This document shows, in pieces, positions 8,467 through 18,305 of a stretch of 32,306 bases of DNA. This DNA is from a virus. Lineage: Duplodnaviria; Caudoviricetes. Every line of letters begins with the position of its first letter. Positions within the stretch are counted from its first letter, which is position 1. The stretch lies in the IMG/VR virus record IMGVR_UViG_3300029823_000384, positions 1 to 32,306 of that record. One strand, given 5' to 3'. Position numbers and translations under genes: made by a program. The notes under the pieces were generated by a model that saw only the letters and a program-made list of their open reading frames with translations, made no database searches and was not told the DNA's origin.

Positions 8467-10937
8467 CCGCTTACCACCTCGTCAATTCCCGACAGCCCTG
8501 CATCGATTTCGCTTTCTGTTTCGTCAAGAATTTGGGCTTTTATTTTGTCCCAGTCTTCACCTTTGTTGATTGTATTTTGAATTCCGACTTTACCGCCGGA
8601 ATAATTTAAATAATAAATATTTGTACCGCTGTTAGCGCTGGTACGCAGAGCGTCTGCGTCTTTTTTGGATAATTGCAATTCGTCGGCTTGTTCATATGTT
8701 AATGTTTGAAAGCTGTCGAAGCGGTTTAAAGCCGCTTCAGCCGCAATGTCGTTCAGGTATTCTAAACTTTGGTCGGAGATATCAACCGAACTTCCAATTT
8801 TATCTACCTTATCCAGTTTGCCGCCGTTCAGTTTGTTTTTAGAACTGGCAGAACCGGGTGTTAAGCCGCTATAGGCATTTCCAAAATTTTGCTGATTTGC
8901 GGCGGAATTGGCCTGTTTAGTTAAATTTGTCAGCTTATCTGAAAGGCCGGTAACGCTGTTCATGAGGCCGCCGACTTTATTGTCGATTCCCTGACCGAAC
9001 TTATATCCCGAATTGTAAGCTGTCCCATAATTAATTCTTGAGCCAATGTTCGGCGCAGTGCGGTCAAGGGTAATCGCTTTATCGTTTTTGCCCCACGATG
9101 TTACGCTGTTTTGTAATGAAGAAAGTCCGGATGTCCAGTCGGTCCCAAAAATTGCGTCTATAATTTTCGTTACTACTTTTCCAAGCGACAGGAACCACGA
9201 TATAATATTCCCGATTAGATTAGCCACGGCATCTCCGAAAGTATTAAAGCCGCCATTTGCAACGTTTAAAACCCATTCTACAATCCCGATAAACGGTTCA
9301 ACAAATATTGACCACACCACCTGAATAATTGCGTTTATAACACCAATAACGGTATTCCAAATAAAAGCGCCAGCTGCCGCAAATGCCCCGCAAATAATCC
9401 CGGTTGCCGAAAGGCTGGAACCGGTTAATTGGTTGGTGGCTCCCACAACGGCATAAACGGCTACAATAAGTAGAATAATAGCCGCAATAATCCACGTCAC
9501 GGGGCTGGCAAGCATTGCAGTATTTAAACCAACCTGCGCACCGGTTGCTGTTTCAAGGGCGGCAGCTTGTGCAATACTATTGCCAGCGTGTATGGCTTTT
9601 GAAGCAATGGAAAAAGCCTCAATAAAATTAGATACCGCCATAACTCCATTATAAATAAGTGTGGCGGCTGTAACGATTCCTATGGCTGCCGCAACGCCTA
9701 AAATGATCGGCCCGATCCACGACCAGTTATCCGCGAAGAATTGGTAAGTGTTGATTGCAATGCTTAAAAATCCGGACAGTAAATTTGCCGCAGTTGTAAG
9801 GGCGGCTGAAATGTTGTTCATCAGGGCGGTTCCCTGCGGTGTATTAAGGTATGCAGTCATTTCCTCAATTTTTTCGATTATAATGTCTATTGCGTGGCCG
9901 GGCTGTGACAGATAGTCCATCATTTGGCTTATATCGTTTCCCATAACCGTCTTGGCTTGGCTGAACGTCATCGGCATTTTTGCAAACTGCTGGTCGAGTG
10001 TTGAGGACTGCGCCATGATGGAACTGACCACCACGTCTGTAGTAAGCTTTCCGTTTTCGGCCATGCTGCGCAGCTGGCCTTTAGTGATTCCCATGGATTT
10101 AGTCATCATTTCAGCGAGTATAGGAGCATTTTCCATAATACTGTTGAATTCGTCGCCGCGCAGTACGCCGGAAGCGAGGCCTTGGGTCAGCTGTGTAATG
10201 GCTCCGGCTGCTTCCGTTGCCGACGCGCCGCTGACAACAAGGCCCTTGTTCACGGTTGATGCGAATTGAATCGCTTCATCGTTTTTACCCTTGAAATAGT
10301 CCTGCCGTCCCATGCTGGCAACGAGCGCTGCGGTAGCGGCGTATGACGTCCTTGTTGCATTTGACGCAGCCATTACTTTATTTTCAAGCTGTGCCTGTGT
10401 TTGCAGTCCGTCGTTTATTAAACTAAGGCGGGCATCCACGCCTATACGTGTATCGGCCTGACTGCCAAGCCGGTTAATACCCTGTATGGCGGTTTGAATT
10501 AGCTGGATACCGTTATTAGCTACAAGGATAGCTTTGCTGAGACCGCCAAAGCCGGACGCAACCGCTGTAACGGATCGTGTTTGTGTTCCGGTCATTCTAA
10601 GATTATTATTAAGGATATCAAGCTGTTCGTTTGTATGTGTGACTTCCTGCCGTACTTCTCCGAATTCCCTGTCTACATTATCCATTCGGGAAGACATCTG
10701 AAGGTTTTCCATGCCTCGCACCAGCCGGTCAACGGAAGAAGTCAGCTGTTCCACCGATGTGTCGGCAGCGCCGGCTTCAGTGTGGATCTCACTGAACGGT
10801 TTATCCATTTTTGGCGTGCTTACCGAACGGTTTAGGACATCAATGGAAGATGTTAAGCGGTTCATGGCATTTATTGCGTTATCTATAGTTTTTGTAAAGC
10901 CATCTTGTAAATCAAGCATAGATGATACGGTTGCCAA
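8463..10937 (-). CDS. Tape measure protein
   Basis: QLTQGLASGVLRGDEFNSIMENAP motif, hydrophobic segments; TTG start with AGGAGG RBS. Confidence 0.93.
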   Translation of the reverse strand: MATVSSMLDLQDGFTKTIDNAINAMNRLTSSIDVLNRSVSTPKMDKPFSEIHTEAGAADTSVEQLTSSVDRLVRGMENLQMSSRMDNVDREFGEVRQEVTHTNEQLDILNNNLRMTGTQTRSVTAVASGFGGLSKAILVANNGIQLIQTAIQGINRLGSQADTRIGVDARLSLINDGLQTQAQLENKVMAASNATRTSYAATAALVASMGRQDYFKGKNDEAIQFASTVNKGLVVSGASATEAAGAITQLTQGLASGVLRGDEFNSIMENAPILAEMMTKSMGITKGQLRSMAENGKLTTDVVVSSIMAQSSTLDQQFAKMPMTFSQAKTVMGNDISQMMDYLSQPGHAIDIIIEKIEEMTAYLNTPQGTALMNNISAALTTAANLLSGFLSIAINTYQFFADNWSWIGPIILGVAAAIGIVTAATLIYNGVMAVSNFIEAFSIASKAIHAGNSIAQAAALETATGAQVGLNTAMLASPVTWIIAAIILLIVAVYAVVGATNQLTGSSLSATGIICGAFAAAGAFIWNTVIGVINAIIQVVWSIFVEPFIGIVEWVLNVANGGFNTFGDAVANLIGNIISWFLSLGKVVTKIIDAIFGTDWTSGLSSLQNSVTSWGKNDKAITLDRTAPNIGSRINYGTAYNSGYKFGQGIDNKVGGLMNSVTGLSDKLTNLTKQANSAANQQNFGNAYSGLTPGSASSKNKLNGGKLDKVDKIGSSVDISDQSLEYLNDIAAEAALNRFDSFQTLTYEQADELQLSKKDADALRTSANSGTNIYYLNYSGGKVGIQNTINKGEDWDKIKAQILDETESEIDAGLSGIDEVVSG

Positions 10938-10939
10938 TG

Positions 10940-11134
10940 TTACCGCCTCCTTCTGCTGCGCCTGATTCGTGCAGCCTCAATTTTATCCTGCCGGACTTTT
11001 TCGTCGATAAATGCATATATGGCGGCCCGCTCATACCAGGGCCGCCGAAAAAGTTCGCCGGGAAAACGGTGAAATTTTACGAGTGCGTAATACGCATAGT
11101 TTGTTTCAGCGTCCCCGGTCCTCAGGAGTTTTTT
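10940..11134 (-). CDS. -1 frameshift extension of tail assembly chaperone (lambda G-T-like)
   Basis: Slippery A AAA AAC at 11134-11128 just before the chaperone stop; -1 frame reads LLRTGDAETNYAYYALVKFHRFPGELF...RRSRRRR to TAA at 10942-10940, ending 2 nt before the tape measure start. Confidence 0.85.
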   Translation of the reverse strand, partial: KKLLRTGDAETNYAYYALVKFHRFPGELFRRPWYERAAIYAFIDEKVRQDKIEAARIRRSRRRR

Positions 11135-11544
11135 ATTTCATCTTTTGTTTCTTCCGTTTGTTCAATATTAAATTTATTGATTTCACTGACCGCCTGCTGA
11201 AGGTTTGCGTGTTCTCCTGAAAGCAGCATAGCTTTTAAGAGTTCATCATCGCTTGTAACGCCGTAGCTTTTTTGAAGTTCAGCGCTTTTAAGGTCAGGAT
11301 AAACAACACAGGCGGCGATAAGTTTGTTCATGTATTTTTGATTGTTAAATTTTGAAGTTTGTCTGCCTTTAAAAATGGTCGTAACGGTACAGTCGCTTTT
11401 TATTTTTGAATCTTCGTTTTCTGAAATTGCCTGAATTTCCCACAATATCGGATTACCTTTTTCGTCGCGGAACCGGTCGCTTACTATGATTTTCTGTTTT
11501 TCCGGCTTCTTTGCGTTTTCTCTGAAAAATGCGGTTAGTGACAT
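11122..11544 (-). CDS. Tail assembly chaperone, XkdN-like
   Basis: VSDRFRDEKG.PI.WEI...CVVYPDLKSAELQKSYGV...ML.SGE; between tube and tape measure. Confidence 0.9.
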   Translation of the reverse strand: MSLTAFFRENAKKPEKQKIIVSDRFRDEKGNPILWEIQAISENEDSKIKSDCTVTTIFKGRQTSKFNNQKYMNKLIAACVVYPDLKSAELQKSYGVTSDDELLKAMLLSGEHANLQQAVSEINKFNIEQTEETKDEIKNS

Positions 11545-11568
11545 AATATTTCCTCCTAAGTTTTGTTA

Positions 11569-12024
11569 TTAACTAAATTTTTCCAGCAATTCCACTCCGT
11601 CAAATGTAAACGGAAGTTCCTGCTCTAAAACGCCGTCGTCACTGTCCAGATTTGCGAAGTCGATTTCGTCAAAATTACATCCGGTCAGGACTTTGGTTTC
11701 ACGTCCCCACTTAGTGGAAGGATCTTCATTTGTAAGTTGTAAAGAAAAATATTGGTCGGTTCCACCGTTGGCATAGTCTACAAACATCTGTTTAAAAAGG
11801 CTTGTAACGGCATGAATCGTTAAAGTACCTGATCCGGACCATGATGTGGTTTTTTTACCTACGGACCGTTTTCCTACTACCTTTTCGTCTTCTTTGTTTT
11901 TAGTGATTTTAGATTCGATTTTGATTGCGTAAAACAGATCGTAATTTCTTCCTCCAACTGTAACAAATGCTTTCCCTTCTTTGGCGTTAATGGAATCACC
12001 CTGCCGCCATTCTGTTTGTGCCAT
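11569..12024 (-). CDS. Tail tube protein, XkdM-like
   Basis: GKKTTSWSGSGTLT...NEDPST.WG...EQELPFTFD. Confidence 0.92.
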   Translation of the reverse strand: MAQTEWRQGDSINAKEGKAFVTVGGRNYDLFYAIKIESKITKNKEDEKVVGKRSVGKKTTSWSGSGTLTIHAVTSLFKQMFVDYANGGTDQYFSLQLTNEDPSTKWGRETKVLTGCNFDEIDFANLDSDDGVLEQELPFTFDGVELLEKFS

Positions 12025-12038
12025 TGTTTTTCACCCCT

Positions 12039-13361
12039 TTAACCTTCTACCACAATTGTGTTGTAGATTGTTTCAATTACATCGACCGGGCGCACGCCAT
12101 ACTGAACTACAATTGCGTCTATAAGTTCGCCTTTGGATACTGTAATGTCTTCCGGCGCAACGTCATGCAGCACGCCTTCCGCTTCCAAAGACCGGAAGTA
12201 TGATAGGATGTCCGACTGGAACAGCTTGCGCCCGTCTTCGTTATTGGCAACTTTACCGCTGTAATAAAGCATTCCGCGATTGCTTATTTCGTTACAAATG
12301 TTAAATAGAATACGTATAACCTTATTTTTGCTCATAGCGTATGTACGGCTTGATGTAAATACCGTCAGTGTATTAATGTCCTTTTGGATTAATACGCTGT
12401 TGCCGCCTACAGGCGAAGGGATAAATACCATATGCCCTGATTTTGCGTATTCGATCTGCTGTGCTGTTGTATATCGTTCATCAACGTCAACCGCGCCTAT
12501 GTAGTTTGCGTTAGTCAGGCTTTCTTTTAACGGGCAGCCTGCTGTTGCTCCCGCAATGTAAGCGGTGGCCGCCACATTGTCAATATGAGTTCCGTCTTCA
12601 AGGATAACTCCGTTTTTGACGGATATAACGCCCTCAAAATTTGCCTCCGAATCAGGGACAACAACCTGAAGATATTTACCGTCATCGTTAATCATACGTT
12701 TTGCGAACGCTATAAAAAGGGCTTTTATATCCGCATCGTCCGTTGGGCAGGCGACGGCGTTGACTGTCTGCAGCTCTATTTGGTTAAGAAAGTCCACATA
12801 ATCCGCGCTTGTGGGGTTACCGTTTGTGCCGCCTGACAAAGTTGTTCCAGCGTTTACCGATAACGTGGTGTCGGTGGCTGCCTTTGAAAATGCAATCCAT
12901 TTATTAGCCGCGAGGCTTGTTATGTCCGCCACGGTCTGGCGGTCGATTTCCGTAGTATCCAGCCATGTAATTACGTCGTATTTGCTCGTTTGTCCAACGG
13001 TGTTTTCAATCGAAACACTTAGCCGGTTCCCGTAAGCACCGGAATAAAGGGCAGTACAGACAAGATTTCCGATTGTTGCGGCGGCTTTCTCACCAGTATT
13101 TACCCGAAATAAAAAAACATGCGCTGAATTTTTCATTGCCTCTGTAATCAGCAGCGCATCTTTACCAAAATCAGATTCTAAAGATTTTGATTCTTTCCTT
13201 GTCAATGAAATTAACGTTTTTTCTTTTAACCATGGCAATATTGCCGGAATACCGACGATACCACTGTCGCCCTCTACGCTTGGGTTATTTCCGTTGCCGG
13301 AGTAATTGATATATACGCCCGGCAATACTTTATTTTGAGTTGCCCAGTTTCCTCCCGCCAT
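12039..13361 (-). CDS. Tail sheath protein, XkdK-like
   Basis: MAGGNWATQNKVLPGVYIN...DINTL...SKNKVIR. Confidence 0.94.
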   Translation of the reverse strand: MAGGNWATQNKVLPGVYINYSGNGNNPSVEGDSGIVGIPAILPWLKEKTLISLTRKESKSLESDFGKDALLITEAMKNSAHVFLFRVNTGEKAAATIGNLVCTALYSGAYGNRLSVSIENTVGQTSKYDVITWLDTTEIDRQTVADITSLAANKWIAFSKAATDTTLSVNAGTTLSGGTNGNPTSADYVDFLNQIELQTVNAVACPTDDADIKALFIAFAKRMINDDGKYLQVVVPDSEANFEGVISVKNGVILEDGTHIDNVAATAYIAGATAGCPLKESLTNANYIGAVDVDERYTTAQQIEYAKSGHMVFIPSPVGGNSVLIQKDINTLTVFTSSRTYAMSKNKVIRILFNICNEISNRGMLYYSGKVANNEDGRKLFQSDILSYFRSLEAEGVLHDVAPEDITVSKGELIDAIVVQYGVRPVDVIETIYNTIVVEG

Positions 13362-13566
13362 TATGCGTAACCTCCTTTATTAAAAATTTTTTAATAAGGT
13401 TTCGTGCTTCAGCTTCGGTATATTGTGCGTCAGGCGATAGTACTACCGACATAACATCATGGTTTACGCCCGTTGCCGCATCGGTTAACTGGCTGCCAAG
13501 AAATTCAGGCTCTGCCGTTTCCTTTTTTTGAGTTGTCCCGGCATTTGATTTTTCTTCTTTTGCCAT
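13330..13566 (-). CDS. Hypothetical protein upstream of sheath
   Basis: Co-oriented, overlaps both neighbours; YT..EA..LIKKFL motif common at this position. Confidence 0.65.
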   Translation of the reverse strand: MAKEEKSNAGTTQKKETAEPEFLGSQLTDAATGVNHDVMSVVLSPDAQYTEAEARNLIKKFLIKEVTHNGGRKLGNSK

Positions 13567-14009
13567 TATTTTAAGGCCCCCTTATCAATATCAATATTTC
13601 TAATCTTCGGCGTATTGTCGATAGGATACAAATATGTGCTGAAATCACACAGATCATGAAGTTCATCACCGTCGTCATGGCGTGTGTGGTTTAATAATTT
13701 CAGCGTACAGCCGTTATTTGTTATTTGCGTTAATTGGAGACTGAGTGCTGCAAAGATTTTATTTAATTCGTTTTTGATTTTTAAATCATTTATTTTTTTA
13801 GATGGCAAATAGGTAATATCAAATTTGCCTGAAACCCGCGCTCTGCCTCCAAGTTCCCGCGTTACATCCGTATTGCCGGCAAAACCGATTAAAAAGCAGC
13901 GTTCCGGCAGTTTATCAGGTATCCATTCGGGGTAAACCGGAATATCCGGGTAAAGTCCGTCAAGGCCTTTTGATAATGCGGCAAGGCAGATATTGAAAAT
14001 ATCCATCAC
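13566..14009 (-). CDS. Putative tail terminator/completion protein
   Basis: LYPDIPVY...PERCFLI...FDITY; synteny. Confidence 0.7.
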   Translation of the reverse strand: MMDIFNICLAALSKGLDGLYPDIPVYPEWIPDKLPERCFLIGFAGNTDVTRELGGRARVSGKFDITYLPSKKINDLKIKNELNKIFAALSLQLTQITNNGCTLKLLNHTRHDDGDELHDLCDFSTYLYPIDNTPKIRNIDIDKGALK

Positions 14010-14515
14010 CCAATCCCCCTTTGAATAGTCTTCTCGATACGCCGAGCGGCTGCGTCAAGTTCTTTTTGGGCTTTTTTCTCACTGTCCGTCATGACAAATG
14101 CGCCTTTTACATACGGTTTTTTCAGCCTAATCCAAATTCCCCATTGGCCTTTGTGTTTTCCGGATTTCACCATCTGCGCGGAATATCCGTACTTGGATTC
14201 GCCGGGCCGCAGTTCGATAAAAACGAGTCTGCCCGGCTCTTGCCGGTGGCCAAGTTCATAAAATGAAGCATAATCCTTTGGGTTAAAGACTTCAGCCTGC
14301 AAACCGCCTATGGTTTCTATAACGCCGCTTCTGTCCCATGCGGGGCCGAGTGTTGGGGAATAGGGACTGCTTCCGGTAGCAGTGTTATCCTTACAGCGGG
14401 CAAGATGCCTGTCAGCAATGGTATTAAGTTCGGCACTGGCCTGCGCTTTTGCAGCTTCCCGGACTTTTTGTAATCTTTTTATAAAACCCTTATACGGCTG
14501 CGGATCAATAAGCAT
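14006..14515 (-). CDS. HK97 gp10-like neck protein
   Basis: EVFNPKDYASFYELGHRQ.PGR...YVKGAF.M. Confidence 0.8.
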   Translation of the reverse strand: MLIDPQPYKGFIKRLQKVREAAKAQASAELNTIADRHLARCKDNTATGSSPYSPTLGPAWDRSGVIETIGGLQAEVFNPKDYASFYELGHRQEPGRLVFIELRPGESKYGYSAQMVKSGKHKGQWGIWIRLKKPYVKGAFVMTDSEKKAQKELDAAARRIEKTIQRGIG

Positions 14516-14518
14516 AAT

Positions 14519-14875
14519 TTAACTGTCCTCCGACAGCGGTATCTCGCTGTGAGATCCCGCGTATTGAAACCCTTTTCCTGCCCATAGTGTAAAAACCTGT
14601 CCTGCGCCGGTAGTAACCACGACTTTATCGCCTTTTCTTATATCGGCGTTGGGTGCGCAAAACAACGTATAAGTTCCGGCTGCCTTGCCATAGTTTCCGC
14701 TTAATGATAAATTGGCGGCCTTGTTTTGTGATAATGCGCATGGGAGGTTTTGCAGGACAGCGGTTTCAGTTTGTTCGGTCTGCTTGGTATCCGGATTTTT
14801 AACATCGGAGCGGCGATAGGTTTCGCAGAGGTCAAAGTATGTGCTTTCAATTGCTTCCTGTTCAGTCATCGGCAT
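14519..14875 (-). CDS. Putative head closure protein
   Basis: PCALSQ...LFCAP..DI.KGDKVVVT...SHSEI; synteny. Confidence 0.72.
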   Translation of the reverse strand: MPMTEQEAIESTYFDLCETYRRSDVKNPDTKQTEQTETAVLQNLPCALSQNKAANLSLSGNYGKAAGTYTLFCAPNADIRKGDKVVVTTGAGQVFTLWAGKGFQYAGSHSEIPLSEDS

Positions 14876-15207
14876 CTTGCCACCTTAAACATCGCTATTC
14901 GCGCGTCAATCCCGCTTCCCGAGCTGCCGGAATTGCCGCCGTATTCAATTGTTGTATCACCCCGTTTTACGGATGTTACTATTTGGGAACTTATCGCCGA
15001 GCCTGCCGATACCTGTCCGCTTCTGCCGATGGCTATAGCTATATCGCCCCATAAATAAGTGGCTCGGTCAGGTACCGACCTGTGGCCGGTTTTTGCTAAA
15101 AAATATTCTTCGGCCTGATTAACATAATCTCTTGCTTCATCGGAAGAAATATCGGGAATGGCGGTTATAACTCTCGCTTCAACTTTTTCTCGGTCTGCCG
15201 CTGCCAT
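14866..15207 (-). CDS. Putative head-tail connector (adaptor)
   Basis: VTSVKRGDTTIEY motif; synteny. Confidence 0.75.
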   Translation of the reverse strand: MAAADREKVEARVITAIPDISSDEARDYVNQAEEYFLAKTGHRSVPDRATYLWGDIAIAIGRSGQVSAGSAISSQIVTSVKRGDTTIEYGGNSGSSGSGIDARIAMFKVARCR

Positions 15208-15209
15208 TG

Positions 15210-15365
15210 CTATTCCTCCTTCGGCGTACCTTTCTTACCGGGGCTTAACGGCTTTTTGCTTCCACCTGAATTATTTACGGTTTTGTACCCAAATTTAGCA
15301 TAATAATCGGCTTCACGCTGTGTTTTTACTTCCCGCACAACGCCGCCCTTTTTTAATTTGATCAT
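15210..15365 (-). CDS. Small hypothetical protein, 51 aa (not in ORF track)
   Basis: AAGGGAG RBS; MIKLKKGGVVREVKTQREADYYAKFGYKTV...KEE fills the capsid-connector gap. Confidence 0.75.
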   Translation of the reverse strand: MIKLKKGGVVREVKTQREADYYAKFGYKTVNNSGGSKKPLSPGKKGTPKEE

Positions 15366-15396
15366 AATAATCTCCCTTCATTTTGGCAAACGCTTG

Positions 15397-16350
15397 TTAG
15401 GCTTTATTGCGGACACAGGCTGCCAGCGTAGGAATCTGATTTTCCAGTACCCACAAGTCATATAAAAGATGATAGTTGATAGTAGTTTCATCGCCGGTTT
15501 GGTTTTCATCCGCGCTGAAAATTTTCAGGCTGTCTATTTTACTGGCAGCAACAGGTGCGGAGGAATTCATAGTCAAAAATTCAATCTGTTCCGATGTGCT
15601 GTCGGCGGTTATACCTCCGGCTTCCTGACCTTCCGTGCGCCCGTCAAGAATCTTGATGACGGTCTGCAGACGCTTAGACGGCACGAAAATGCATGGCATA
15701 TCATTTAATACCGCGCCTCTGTATGAAACGCCGTTAACGGAAATTTCCCGCTGGAATGTAACGGAATTGTTTGTGTTTTTTGATTCATCACGGAAAGCCT
15801 GCTCGTTTTTTAAAGATACGAATGACACAAAATCAGCATCGTCTCCGGAATCATCTTTCACAACAACGGACAATTTTTTTAAGGCGTTTACGACACTGGT
15901 AGCTGCGTCCGAAGCGCCCACCCTAAGGATGTGGGTATCTTTGTATGTATCGCTGGCCGCGAGTTTTGAGTAAATCCGGTTAAAGCGGAACATATCCTGT
16001 TCGGGTACTAACTGCTTCCGGGCAAATTCACGCGTCACATTTTCCGTGGTGGCCATAAAATGGGAATCGTTCGGATCGAGCCTTCCAAGTTCAAATTTAA
16101 CGGCTCTGTCCATTTCCATCGTGTAAGTGTTCCATCCGAGTTTTACACTGCCGGACGGATATTTGTTTGTACCGGCACTGTTGTAGTTACCAAGGCCGCT
16201 GACACTTAGCTGGGCGATTTTAACATCTTTGCCGCCGCTGTAATTAATCTGTTCGTCATTAGGAACCATCCACTGTGTGGAAGATTTAGCTTCCAGTTCC
16301 TCATCAATAAAATTTTGATATGCTTCTGAATATTCAATATTATTTGCCAT
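15397..16350 (-). CDS. Major capsid protein
   Basis: YSGGKDVKIAQLSVSGLGNY...F.RKQLVPEQDMFRF...YDLWVLEN; follows scaffold. Confidence 0.88.
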   Translation of the reverse strand: MANNIEYSEAYQNFIDEELEAKSSTQWMVPNDEQINYSGGKDVKIAQLSVSGLGNYNSAGTNKYPSGSVKLGWNTYTMEMDRAVKFELGRLDPNDSHFMATTENVTREFARKQLVPEQDMFRFNRIYSKLAASDTYKDTHILRVGASDAATSVVNALKKLSVVVKDDSGDDADFVSFVSLKNEQAFRDESKNTNNSVTFQREISVNGVSYRGAVLNDMPCIFVPSKRLQTVIKILDGRTEGQEAGGITADSTSEQIEFLTMNSSAPVAASKIDSLKIFSADENQTGDETTINYHLLYDLWVLENQIPTLAACVRNKA

Positions 16351-16368
16351 ATAAAATTAACTCCTTTC

Positions 16369-16998
16369 TTATTTTACGGTAACGCCGCGCTCACGCTTTT
16401 TTGCGTTTTGTCCCGGTTTACCTGCAGCCGTACCTTTTGGCACATAGCCGTTGGCCTTAAAACGTTGTTCCACACCGGATTGAACACCTTTATCAAATGC
16501 GTTTTTCAGTGCCTTTACACGTTCGTCGGTGTTTTTTTCATCCGTCCCTTTCGCAAAATTGGCAAGTTCAGTGGGAAGGCCGGATTCTGAAAGCTTTTTA
16601 GAAGTGTAGTCTGTAAGTTTTTCATCTGCCATCTGTTTCTGTAAATATATGACTTTTTCAGCGTCGGTCATTTTTTCAAAATCCTTAGCCTCTTCTAAAT
16701 GCTTTTTATACGAGTCCACGGCATCGGAAGCGGCCTGCTTTTTTGCGGTTTCCAACTGTTCGGCGGTAAATGTATTTTCTGTCCCTTTTACCGTTTCTGT
16801 CGTTTCCGTTTTATTGGGTTGCGGTTTGGTGGCTTTTTGTGCCGGGCCGGCAGGCGCAGGTTTGGGAGCCGGCTCTGCTGGAGTGGGGTCAGTAGGGGCT
16901 GGGTCAGCTGGTGCCGGGTCGGCAGGCTGGGCAGTTCCACCGCCGGCAAAACAGCAATAACGTGGAATGCCAAAAGGTGAATATTTTGTTTTTTTCAT
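16369..16998 (-). CDS. Capsid scaffolding protein (DUF4355-like)
   Basis: Pro/Ala-rich linker, KMTDAEK, GLPTELANF, AFDKGVQSGVEQRFK. Confidence 0.8.
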   Translation of the reverse strand: MKKTKYSPFGIPRYCCFAGGGTAQPADPAPADPAPTDPTPAEPAPKPAPAGPAQKATKPQPNKTETTETVKGTENTFTAEQLETAKKQAASDAVDSYKKHLEEAKDFEKMTDAEKVIYLQKQMADEKLTDYTSKKLSESGLPTELANFAKGTDEKNTDERVKALKNAFDKGVQSGVEQRFKANGYVPKGTAAGKPGQNAKKRERGVTVK

Positions 16999-17033
16999 TT
17001 TAGTAGCTCCTTTTAAAGTGATTTTATATGATT

Positions 17034-17058
17034 AAAAAACGCCGTTTAAAAGGCGTTT
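17034..17058 (-). terminator. Putative intrinsic terminator inside late operon
   Basis: - strand AAACGCC-TTTTAAAC-GGCGTTT running into a T tract, just after the minor head gene stop. Confidence 0.45.
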
Positions 17059-17066
17059 AAACCGGC

Positions 17067-18305
17067 TTATTTCCCGTGTTTTCGGTTTTTGTAGTTTTGA
17101 CTGCGGTAGCGTGATTTTAGCATATTCCACTCCGCAGGGGCGGTATATTTCATATTTTGGAACTGTTCAAGAGTGCGTGGGGCCAATTTCCCAAGCGTCG
17201 CTTTATATTCTTCATATTGCTTTGCGTCGGCCATACCGTTTTTGTATTTTTGCTCCGCAAGCATTTCGTCTTCATGACCTTTAACATATTTACCGTACCA
17301 TTCACGGTAGGTCATATCGGCAGGGACCTTATATGTTTCGCCTTTGCCGTTTCTGGCGGCACGGGTATTATCCGAGTCCAATTCATCATTTGGAATATAT
17401 GGGATTGTTTTAGATCGGCAGAACGGATGCATCGGTGGCATATTAACACCGACCTTTCCTTCACTGACCGGAAAAATTTTTCCATCCATACTTCGGCAGA
17501 TTTCCGACGTTTTGTAATCAAGCACTGCCCTAAACTGAAAACGCTGTGTCCCGTTTTCCCGGTAAGCCAAGAGGTTGGCTTTAGATGATACCTGACTATT
17601 TTCAGTACGTATCAAGCGTCGTGCCTGATATGCGCTCATATCCATAGCTTTTTTAAGTGCTGCCGCCATTTGTCCGTTTGACGTTCCCTGAATAGCTCCG
17701 CTGGAGACAATTCTGTTCAAATATCGTGCAAGCGATATACGGTGATTGCCCCATATGCGTTCGGAATAATTTTTACCTTTCCAAGCTGTGAAGGATGCCG
17801 CTTCAATTTGATGTGTGCTGATTCTGTTAAAATTACTTCCGAAGCCTAAAAACTGCTGGCGGTCGAAAATAGTTTTATAGTATACTTCTTCAAAATTTTC
17901 CGTAAGGCTTTTTCCGGTTTCCTGAGAATAATTTCCGTAGAGGTTGGTTGCAAGCATATTAAGCTGCAAAATTAAAAGTTCCTCCCGGCTGACCGCACGC
18001 CTGTAATACAATTTATCAAGCAGTTTTTTAGCCACGGCATCCTGCGGATACTGTTGTGCAAGGCGTTGATATTCTTTCAGTGTCATATTCAGTTCTGTCC
18101 GGTCTGAGATAATTGCTTTAGCCGCCTGATAGCTGATTTTTTCCTTGTCGGCGTATTTCCGATAATAGCCGTTGATTTTACGTTGCATTTCGTGTGTACA
18201 GCGTTTAAACCAGCGGGTGACAAGCTGCGCTTTCCGCTGTGCGTACTGATATTCGCGAATGGCGTTCTTCTTTGCCCGTTCCAGCCAGTAGTCGGCATTT
18301 TCCAA
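17067..18305 (-). CDS. Minor head protein, SPP1 gp7 / Mu gpF family
   Basis: ARRLIRTE, AVLDYKTSEICRSMDG, NMPPMHPFCRS, VPADMTYREWY. Confidence 0.92.
   Translation of the reverse strand: MENADYWLERAKKNAIREYQYAQRKAQLVTRWFKRCTHEMQRKINGYYRKYADKEKISYQAAKAIISDRTELNMTLKEYQRLAQQYPQDAVAKKLLDKLYYRRAVSREELLILQLNMLATNLYGNYSQETGKSLTENFEEVYYKTIFDRQQFLGFGSNFNRISTHQIEAASFTAWKGKNYSERIWGNHRISLARYLNRIVSSGAIQGTSNGQMAAALKKAMDMSAYQARRLIRTENSQVSSKANLLAYRENGTQRFQFRAVLDYKTSEICRSMDGKIFPVSEGKVGVNMPPMHPFCRSKTIPYIPNDELDSDNTRAARNGKGETYKVPADMTYREWYGKYVKGHEDEMLAEQKYKNGMADAKQYEEYKATLGKLAPRTLEQFQNMKYTAPAEWNMLKSRYRSQNYKNRKHGK

Noticed and set aside
3727-13361. Stand-alone tailocin / PBSX-like particle
   Set aside because: Capsid, portal, terminase and transposase are contiguous, so this is a prophage tail.
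14150-14230. Apparent short insertion in the HK97 gp10-like protein
   Set aside because: In frame, with no intein or intron hallmarks; cannot be told apart from normal loop variation without an alignment.
16860-16930. PADPA-type repeats in scaffold gene
   Set aside because: Ordinary low-complexity linker, common in scaffolding proteins.
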